Shown here in pieces: positions 36,598-43,452 of a stretch of 43,452 nucleotides of DNA; within the stretch, counting starts at the first letter, position 1, and the number at the start of each line of letters is the position of its first letter. Under the pieces are notes generated by a model, which searched no databases, was not told the DNA's origin, and saw nothing but the letters and a program-made list of their open reading frames with translations. The DNA lies in IMG/VR virus record IMGVR_UViG_3300033153_008579, positions 1-43,452 of that record. One strand, written 5' to 3'. This stretch comes from a virus (taxonomy: Duplodnaviria > Caudoviricetes). A program made the position numbers and the translations under genes.

Positions 36598-37350
36598 CTA
36601 ATGACTTCTACCTTCGGAAAACCTCTTATCCAATGCACTACCTACAATGTCTCGAAAGGAACGAGTACCAGAGGTACGTCTTGGATAATCTTCTTCTGAC
36701 CGCCTGGACTCACGTTTTCGTGGTCTGGAGACGATTGGCGAGGATGGACGCTCTGTTTCCACGTTTTCACGTGCAGGTATTCGCGTGCCCTCTTTGGCTT
36801 TCACTAATAAATATGCATCCTCTAACGACAAACCTGTTTTTTCCATTACCTTAAATGCATCCTCACTGAAGTCTTCAAAGTCAGGATGCGTATTTCGCAT
36901 TGTCGAAATCCCTGTAGCTGCGGCTTGTGCAATCAAAGCCTTATGTAGTTTTCCTTGATTTGATTCTATCATATCAAGACGCTTTCCAACAAGAACTTCA
37001 CTTTCTTTTCTTGTCTGAGAACTTGTTTTATTAACAAGCTCCTCAACAGCTGGGATTAAGACATTAAGCATTTCAGAATTTGACATTTGGTCTAAATTCC
37101 CCCAACTTGGTTTTAAGTCAGGCTCTCCTTGAATTTCCCTTCGTAGAGAAGGTTTCTCTTCAGGTTGCTTTTCCACAACCTCAATTTCTTTCCCGTCCTT
37201 CTTCGCTTTCAAAACAGCCATTATCGTCTCATCCGCAAGAACTTGTTCTCTCAATTGAGCTTCATCTTGAAGCTGTTTTTTAGAGGCATCAAGTTGTTTT
37301 TGCAACTCAGCCTCTCTTGGTGTGAGGTCTTCTTTCTTCGGTTCAGGCAT
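36598..37350 (-). CDS. capsid scaffolding protein
   Basis: Charged helical protein, HPDF..LEDAYLL, located upstream of the MCP. Confidence 0.75.
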   Translation of the reverse strand: MPEPKKEDLTPREAELQKQLDASKKQLQDEAQLREQVLADETIMAVLKAKKDGKEIEVVEKQPEEKPSLRREIQGEPDLKPSWGNLDQMSNSEMLNVLIPAVEELVNKTSSQTRKESEVLVGKRLDMIESNQGKLHKALIAQAAATGISTMRNTHPDFEDFSEDAFKVMEKTGLSLEDAYLLVKAKEGTRIPARENVETERPSSPIVSRPRKRESRRSEEDYPRRTSGTRSFRDIVGSALDKRFSEGRSH

Positions 37351-37353
37351 TTC

Positions 37354-37722
37354 TTACTCCTTCGCTTGTTTTTGATGTTGTTGCATTAAATAATTTCTAC
37401 GACGTTCACGATACCATCTTTTAATGGACTTTTCAATCTTAGTCATCTCACGTGCAATGAAGAGGTCATCTGATTTAACTTCAACAGTTGCATCAGGATT
37501 CACTTGAATCACAAGTGTTCGAACTTTACTATCAAAGCTCCCTTCTTTCGCAATCCCGAGTTCTTCAAGTTCTTCAAGTTCTTCAGGTTCCTTCACATCC
37601 TCAATCTCTTGTTGCACGTTTGTCCTCGACTCAAGCACAGAAGTTGTTTTTCTCAAATGATCAAATCGCCCTGTTCTTGCAAGAGGAGGCTTCGTTTCTT
37701 CCATCTTCTCTTCTGCCATCAT
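37354..37722 (-). CDS. hypothetical protein
   Basis: 122 aa; contains a 9-bp tandem repeat encoding EELEELEEL. Confidence 0.7.
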   Translation of the reverse strand: MMAEEKMEETKPPLARTGRFDHLRKTTSVLESRTNVQQEIEDVKEPEELEELEELGIAKEGSFDSKVRTLVIQVNPDATVEVKSDDLFIAREMTKIEKSIKRWYRERRRNYLMQQHQKQAKE

Positions 37723-37976
37723 AAAGCTCCCAATTCTAAATTATGCTCTTTTGCATACTGACGCATCTCCTTTTTGCTATAAAAGGTCTTTCCGTTTGGT
37801 TCAACATGTTCAAGGTGTACTCCCTCTGATGGAAAGACATGAGCACTAAACCTTGTTGGAAAAAGCCTAAGAGTTTCTCCACCACACTTTGAACAAGCAA
37901 CAGGTGACTCAGTTGTATGAACAAAAATATCTTTTTGTACTTCATTACACAATAAACATTGATAATCAAAAATCAT
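37719..37976 (-). CDS. FmdB-like zinc ribbon protein
   Basis: FDYQCLLC..CSKCGG..RL. Confidence 0.8.
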   Translation of the reverse strand: MIFDYQCLLCNEVQKDIFVHTTESPVACSKCGGETLRLFPTRFSAHVFPSEGVHLEHVEPNGKTFYSKKEMRQYAKEHNLELGAL

Positions 37977-39718
37977 CTTGATGCCCCTCCACCAAATCCT
38001 GCACCAGGTCCAATTGCAGCTCTTCCACTTGACCCCTGAGCAGAGGCCCCAGACGCTGGAGACATCTGTCCGCCCAACGCAGAAGGTGCACCTTGAGCAC
38101 CAAAGAAGCCTTCAAATCGCGGGTCAGCAATTGAATCAATAATAAATTGTTGAACAGCTTGCATATTCGCATTTGGAAATTGCAAGAAGAATGCTGTCAT
38201 TTGAAGAGCCTCTATCTTCCTTTGAACTGGAGTCAATGGAGGATTAGAAACCAAATCAACTGTATAATTATATTGACCTCTCAGCTTTGCTCCAACAAAC
38301 TTCTGCCAATTTGTACCAACAAGAATGTCTCGCTCATTAGGCCAAAACTTAAAGACCAACATTGTAACTTTTCTCATTGTTTCAAGATATAAATGTTTCA
38401 CGACATCTTCCCTTCGAATCAATCGTGTCTGAGAACCCTCTCTGACAAAAGCTGCTTCTGACGCAGTACGTCTGGAAGATGCATCAAATTCCCCTGCTTG
38501 ATTCCGACTGTGTCCTATTGCATCTCGTGCATTCCTTCTCACAGTTTCTGTTTCAGCAATCAAATCAAAATTTGATGACTTAGGAAAGGCCATAAAAGCA
38601 TCTTGAATCTTCTTTCCAGGCTTTGTTCGAACAACAGCTCCAACGTCTCCACTGATTATCTTAGTCATTTCATCAGGTGTTATGACATCTCCCATCATCA
38701 AAAACTTTGCGACATTAATACGCCGTTGTTTTTGAATTTGTAAGCTCAAGTCGTATTGGTCCTTTTGATGCTGCCCCAAGTAATAGGCTTGTGGTGTTGA
38801 CCAAAAACATCTGGGATGTGCAACAAACGACCCTGTGACAAAGGGATAACCACCAATTGCAAGTTGAAGGAAATCCATCTCATCTCGAAGGAACTTGTCA
38901 TGTTCAAAACAAATCACACGAACCTTCATATCATCTTTTGAATGAATCTCCCACATTTCATTAAAGACCGCACGACCATTTGCCTTGTGCCTTGATAATC
39001 TTTGATGCTGGTCACGGCTCTTTTTTGGTCCTCTTGTATAAGAACGAATATAATCTTCCATTGAAATCTGAGGAGTCAAGCGAGTTGTATTCTTAAACTT
39101 TGCGTCCTTCTTAATCAAAGAAGTCTCACGAACAATTCTATGAGCGACCCACGGAGCAGACTCGATGTCATCTCCTGTTCCCCATGGAACAACAAAGTCA
39201 TGGGCAATAACAGGAGCAACCCAAGGCATTCCTGGACGAGCACTTGAAAACTCAATCCTCTTACCCTTCTTATCATATTGACTTCGACTCAATCCCATCG
39301 GGCCTTGTAGAGTACCAATGTCCCATCGAGGATTCCATCCAAACTGTGAGTCATAACCAATCTTCAAAATAGCTTTGCTATACAAGAAGTTATGTAAATT
39401 CGCCTGTTCTACATGTTTTTTCAAATCAAGCTTATGAGGCTTTGCTAAAGAGTTCTGTAGAGCTTCCACAATAGGAGCAGTTTGAGTACTCAGAGGATCA
39501 TCAGGTTCGACAACAAAATAAGGATAAGGAAGTATCAATCCTGACAAGAGAGTATCACCTTCACTGAAAACCAAATTTGGACCAACGACTGTGTCAGAAT
39601 TTGGATCATTCAAGTAATTACCCTCAAGCTTATTCCAACTTTCTTCGAAGGCAAAGATTCTTCGATACTCAAGAGCATTCTCAATCTCATCTTGCCATTC
39701 AACTGGAGTAAAGTTCAT
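37973..39718 (-). CDS. portal protein
   Basis: 581 aa after the terminase; ILKIGY, RRTASEA, Gly/Ala-rich tail. Confidence 0.85.
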   Translation of the reverse strand: MNFTPVEWQDEIENALEYRRIFAFEESWNKLEGNYLNDPNSDTVVGPNLVFSEGDTLLSGLILPYPYFVVEPDDPLSTQTAPIVEALQNSLAKPHKLDLKKHVEQANLHNFLYSKAILKIGYDSQFGWNPRWDIGTLQGPMGLSRSQYDKKGKRIEFSSARPGMPWVAPVIAHDFVVPWGTGDDIESAPWVAHRIVRETSLIKKDAKFKNTTRLTPQISMEDYIRSYTRGPKKSRDQHQRLSRHKANGRAVFNEMWEIHSKDDMKVRVICFEHDKFLRDEMDFLQLAIGGYPFVTGSFVAHPRCFWSTPQAYYLGQHQKDQYDLSLQIQKQRRINVAKFLMMGDVITPDEMTKIISGDVGAVVRTKPGKKIQDAFMAFPKSSNFDLIAETETVRRNARDAIGHSRNQAGEFDASSRRTASEAAFVREGSQTRLIRREDVVKHLYLETMRKVTMLVFKFWPNERDILVGTNWQKFVGAKLRGQYNYTVDLVSNPPLTPVQRKIEALQMTAFFLQFPNANMQAVQQFIIDSIADPRFEGFFGAQGAPSALGGQMSPASGASAQGSSGRAAIGPGAGFGGGASR

Positions 39719-39726
39719 TTCAATCC

Positions 39727-39755
39727 ATCGCTTTCAATTATTGAAACTCATGACT
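39727..39755. repeat. dispersed palindromic repeat copy overlapping the terL stop
   Basis: ATCGCTTTCAATTATTGAAACTCATGACT. Confidence 0.9.
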
Positions 39756-41362
39756 TCTTTATATCTATCACGTAGTCCTTTTCCCATAAAGATATCGTCA
39801 AACTCAATTCTATCTGCCATGTTCCCTACGTCATAAGGAAACTGTTTCTTCTTAGCCCATCTCTTTTGAATAGAATTAAGCAAAAAAGCGGCCGAACCTG
39901 GAAGGTAAGTCCTCTCATAAGAAGGTTTTACCTCATCAACAACCTCACACCAAAAAGGTAAGTGCATTGAAAGGGCATCAATCAAGTCATCATGCCTTCC
40001 ATGAGGAAAGACCAACAACTCATTTTCCAGTTCAACCATCTCAGTTTTGATGAAAATACGGTGGGCTGCAAAGTAAGGCTGTAACCCACGTATCCGAGCA
40101 ACCTTTGAATTCTTATGGCTTTTTATTTCTTCAATAGGAAAAAAGATATTTTCGTGATCCATCTTCTTTCTTATCCAATAAGCAAGAGTTCTTTGATATG
40201 AAATTGCTTCAAGGAAATATTGAAGAGGTTTATAAGCCCTATAATGGTCAAACAAAACATTTACCTGTTCACCTGGATTCATCCTCTCTCGATTATAATG
40301 AACCACATAGATATGTCCATTATGAGGATTAATCCCAGTTGACAAGACCGCATCATAATCAGGATCAGAGGTCATATCAGCATCACCCGAAGAAGGGTCT
40401 TGAGATGTACAATACAACAAACCTGTAGGAAGCTCAGTGTAGTAGTTAATCCATTGTTTCTTGAACAACATATCTGCTGCAGAAGTAGGAAGATTCATGT
40501 ACAACGCAGAATACATATATGGACCAAGAGCATCCTCTAATTGTTGAAGAACAGCCTCATTGAATTTTGGCAATCCATCGTCTGTTTCTGCCCATACAAT
40601 CTTACCTGTTGGAGAGGGCAATCCTCGCTCGTCCTCCCGAACCGCTCTCGTCGTGACCTTATATTGAGGCTCATGTTTCATAATCCATTCAAGGAGGTCT
40701 CCCTCAACCCATCTTGTTCCAATTACAAGAATCTGACTCGTCGCAGGTTCAATTAAAAGAGGATGAGCCAATTTGTGCCAACCTATGCATTTCTCAATTT
40801 CATTTTGAGAAGGCTGCATCAAGGCCCCAGTTATGTTATCAAAATCCGGAGCAACAGTATCATCTTCTATAATCAAGTCATAATGTCGAGAAACAACGGC
40901 TGTTGACGTCCCAGCAGCTTCAAAGGTTGATTCAGGAAATGTTCCTTTTCTCTTAACACACAAAGATTCCCTTGACCAGGTACATTTTGAATCAGGAAGT
41001 ATCTCAGGGTAACAAGCTCTAAACAATTCATTCTTCTCAAAGATTTGCTTAATTGCCGCAAGTTTTCCAACTGCATTGGTATATGTATTTTGAACAAGAA
41101 GAATACGAACTTCTGGATCCTTCACTGCTCTCCATACAGTGTAAGAAATCGAAGCTAAGGTTGTTTTATACCAATCTCGAGGAAGCATGATTAACATCCG
41201 TTTGTTTGTTTCATAATCTTCCAAGTCTAAACAAATTGGTTTATGAATCGAACGAGTCATCTTATCAAAACCAAGAATTGCTCTGGTAAAGAAGAACAAA
41301 GAATCTCTTCCTCTCTGAGCCAAATCTTCTATTGAGTTGTCTTGAAGGTGATGATAGTCCAT
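39734..41362 (-). CDS. terL: terminase large subunit
   Basis: PRDWYKTT, LIIEDD, IGTRW..DL, QDPS, EAISYQ, SKVARI, HDDLIDAL. Confidence 0.93.
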   Translation of the reverse strand: MDYHHLQDNSIEDLAQRGRDSLFFFTRAILGFDKMTRSIHKPICLDLEDYETNKRMLIMLPRDWYKTTLASISYTVWRAVKDPEVRILLVQNTYTNAVGKLAAIKQIFEKNELFRACYPEILPDSKCTWSRESLCVKRKGTFPESTFEAAGTSTAVVSRHYDLIIEDDTVAPDFDNITGALMQPSQNEIEKCIGWHKLAHPLLIEPATSQILVIGTRWVEGDLLEWIMKHEPQYKVTTRAVREDERGLPSPTGKIVWAETDDGLPKFNEAVLQQLEDALGPYMYSALYMNLPTSAADMLFKKQWINYYTELPTGLLYCTSQDPSSGDADMTSDPDYDAVLSTGINPHNGHIYVVHYNRERMNPGEQVNVLFDHYRAYKPLQYFLEAISYQRTLAYWIRKKMDHENIFFPIEEIKSHKNSKVARIRGLQPYFAAHRIFIKTEMVELENELLVFPHGRHDDLIDALSMHLPFWCEVVDEVKPSYERTYLPGSAAFLLNSIQKRWAKKKQFPYDVGNMADRIEFDDIFMGKGLRDRYKEVMSFNN

Positions 41363-41601
41363 TAAAAGTCCTTATTGATCGATAGCTGTTCAATACAAAC
41401 AATCTCACCAGACTCAAAAACACTATGTGCTTCATTCCCATCAATGTCATTAAGCCAACCATGAATCTCATGTCTCAAGGCACAACCATTACCAAACTCT
41501 GCTTGAATCAAATCAGCGTTTTCTCTTGACATTATGTATGTAAAATTTCCAGTGTGCTTTGTATAAACAACGAGTCTTACTTTATCTTTTCCGTTCTCCA
41601 T
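41362..41601 (-). CDS. hypothetical protein
   Basis: GAAAGGA RBS favours start MENGKDK at 41601. Confidence 0.6.
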   Translation of the reverse strand: MENGKDKVRLVVYTKHTGNFTYIMSRENADLIQAEFGNGCALRHEIHGWLNDIDGNEAHSVFESGEIVCIEQLSINKDF

Positions 41602-41726
41602 TTTTCTTCCTTTCTTTTTTCTTCTAACAATTCCAACGCAGGGGCTACGCCCCCGCACCCCCAAGCCCCTTTTCCCCCAAGCACCGCCGAGTTGGAATTA
41701 GGAAACCTGAGCAAGTTGTGCTTGGT

Positions 41727-42248
41727 TTAGGTTGAGAGGGGAGACTCAGAGCCTTTGTCTATTACATCTATGACTTGCTCAGGTTCGTTGTCTAAGTTAA
41801 TTGTACGCTCGATTCGATGTAAGTCTTCTTTACTCAATACGACAACCGCGGCTTTTACGGAATTTTCCATCTTTGAGAGCTTAGGGAAACCGCCGCGATC
41901 GAGGAGCTCTGCTGCTGAGCGAAGTTGGATTGAGTCGTCGTGAGAGGAAAGGAGTTCTACAATTTTTTCAGCCGCTTGCTCAGTATTTTCTTCTATGATT
42001 TGGGCTGTGAGATTTTGCTTTGAGATATCATCTCGTACGTCGAGTTCGTCGTGGAGAGCATTTCTTTGGGAGCGACGAAGGGATAGCTCGTGTTGGAAGG
42101 TAGGAGAGTTTCGAATGTTACGAATTGCGGCTGTTGTAAGTTGGACAGAGGGATGGGATGCGATTTGAGAGATAGAAAGGTTTCCATCGAGGAATAAATC
42201 GATTATTGCATAATGCCGAGGAAGAAGTTTTTGTAGGGTGAGGGTCAT
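41727..42248 (-). CDS. putative terminase small subunit
   Basis: N-terminal HTH-like region, QLRSAAELLDRGG, upstream of terL. Confidence 0.65.
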   Translation of the reverse strand: MTLTLQKLLPRHYAIIDLFLDGNLSISQIASHPSVQLTTAAIRNIRNSPTFQHELSLRRSQRNALHDELDVRDDISKQNLTAQIIEENTEQAAEKIVELLSSHDDSIQLRSAAELLDRGGFPKLSKMENSVKAAVVVLSKEDLHRIERTINLDNEPEQVIDVIDKGSESPLST

Positions 42249-42687
42249 TTTTGATTATTCCTCTCATGTCGAGTTAATAAGATAGAGTTAGAAAGAAAGG
42301 CGTTATCTATATCAACAAAAGAAGTGGGGAAAAGTCCAGTTCTGGATAGAAAAAGTCCAGTATTATTGAAACATGATAGGTGAGGAGAAAAATCTCTACT
42401 AACCCCCGCTGGGCCGATGGGGGATTCTCGCTTTTATACAGGATATCCTCTACCCATAACGTGCTCTTTGTTTCGCCAGCAGGTATAACAAACCGTCCGG
42501 ATGGTTTGCTTTTTCTTTCCGTACCAAGCATCCCTATAATGTTTTTTATTTATATAACTTTTTCGTTTATTTCATGCATAACTATCGAGTCCGAGACACC
42601 CAGGTGTCCCAACAATAAAATAAAATAATTTTATTTTTTTAACCTCCTATCCTTACTATGGTTACGACCAAGCTTACCTATCTTAAC

Positions 42688-42716
42688 TTGACTTTTTGCC
42701 TTTTTTATCGTATAAT
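42688..42716 (+). promoter_or_regulatory. strong sigma70-type promoter
   Basis: TTGACT, 17-nt spacer, TATAAT. Confidence 0.85.
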
Positions 42717-42793
42717 TTAGTAGAAAGGAAAAGTAAAAAATACCTACAACGGGTAGGTATAAAATGGTTCTTTAACAATACGGGAGACTGAAG

Positions 42794-43108
42794 ATGACTA
42801 TTACAAAACAAAATGTAATGGACGTCGAAGGTCTGGAAGATGCCGGTGTCAAAGTGGTTGACTGCATTACCCCCAAAACGGGTATAGCATATAGGAAACC
42901 AATCTTCGATGACACCACCATCGAGAATCTATCTGAAGAGCTCTTGGTATCTTTGGTCAATCGAATGATAACGATTGACTATAGAAACAGAGCAAATCGG
43001 CCGGAATCTCAGACGGCAGTACGCAGAGAAAAAGCCTCTGCCATTGCCCAAGACCAGACCTTAACCGATGCCGAAAAGGTCAAAGCGATGCTTCGATTGA
43101 ATGGATGA
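42794..43108 (+). CDS. hypothetical early protein, monocistronic
   Basis: GGGAGA RBS; has its own promoter and terminator. Confidence 0.8.
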   Translation: MTITKQNVMDVEGLEDAGVKVVDCITPKTGIAYRKPIFDDTTIENLSEELLVSLVNRMITIDYRNRANRPESQTAVRREKASAIAQDQTLTDAEKVKAMLRLNG

Positions 43109-43120
43109 TTGTTTTGACAA

Positions 43121-43158
43121 GAGAACCCCCTTCCCCACACGAGAAGGGGGTTCTTTCT
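43121..43158 (+). terminator. intrinsic terminator
   Basis: AGAACCCCCTTC/GAAGGGGGTTCT stem followed by TTCT. Confidence 0.8.
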
Positions 43159-43244
43159 CATTGGTTCACCGGATTCAATTAATGAAAGCGCTCGATTGAC
43201 TCTGTCAGGGGAGAATACCTATACCCAAAACCCAAAAAACGTCA

Positions 43245-43269
43245 TAAGTCTTTATGTTATAAAGACTTA
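43245..43269. repeat. perfect inverted repeat
   Basis: TAAGTCTTTAT-GTT-ATAAAGACTTA. Confidence 0.85.
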
Positions 43270-43452
43270 CAATTTTTTACAAAAAGTTAGATAAAAACAA
43301 AACTATCTATTCTTTTCCTGAATAGTTTGTATCACAAACCCCCACTATCACAACACTTAGAGCTATTTAGGACAAGTCGGGAATAGTTAGTTTACGGTTT
43401 AACTTTGTGCTAAGGTAAAGGGCCGGTAGACGCGACGGGGAAATGAAGAATA

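Noticed and set aside
8627-39755. CRISPR array, since the repeats contain TTTCAAT and ATTGAAAC like many CRISPR repeat ends and a Cas4-like gene is present
   Set aside because: The copies are kilobases apart with no repeat-spacer periodicity, and Cas4-like nucleases are common in phage recombination modules.
43409-43440. Second tRNA-like word GGTAGACGCG near the window end
   Set aside because: The match is too short, with no D-stem or cloverleaf.

Overview
The window looks like an essentially complete ~43.4 kb genome of a tailed dsDNA phage with a podovirus-like layout: portal, scaffold, major capsid protein, adaptor, nozzle and three ejection proteins, with no tape measure or sheath. It opens at a 62-nt poly-A tract. 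The + strand arm (42794-43108, then 324-15798) carries small early ORFs, CsrA and a sigma-region-4 protein. It continues with a Cas4/RecB-like nuclease, a Sak4-like ATPase, an SSB-like protein, a ParB-methyltransferase fusion, HNH genes, a UDG-exonuclease-PolA fusion and a DUF3987-like NTPase. The - strand arm (42248 to 15814) carries packaging and virion genes, interrupted after the capsid genes by a glycosyltransferase / glycosyltransferase / radical SAM-SPASM / methyltransferase cassette. I recognise no integrase, primase, endolysin, complete tRNA or CRISPR array. The best leads are: (1) the glycosylation cassette inside the capsid operon; (2) a dispersed palindrome TTTCAATWATTGAAA that may be a parS-like site for the ParB-MTase fusion; (3) an array of small early genes joined by a repeated GAAAGGCGGTATGAAATG junction; (4) a UDG-fused PolA with His at position 762; (5) a riboswitch-like pseudoknot/terminator at 7971-8035. 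All protein calls come from motifs recognised by eye and from synteny, not from database searches.
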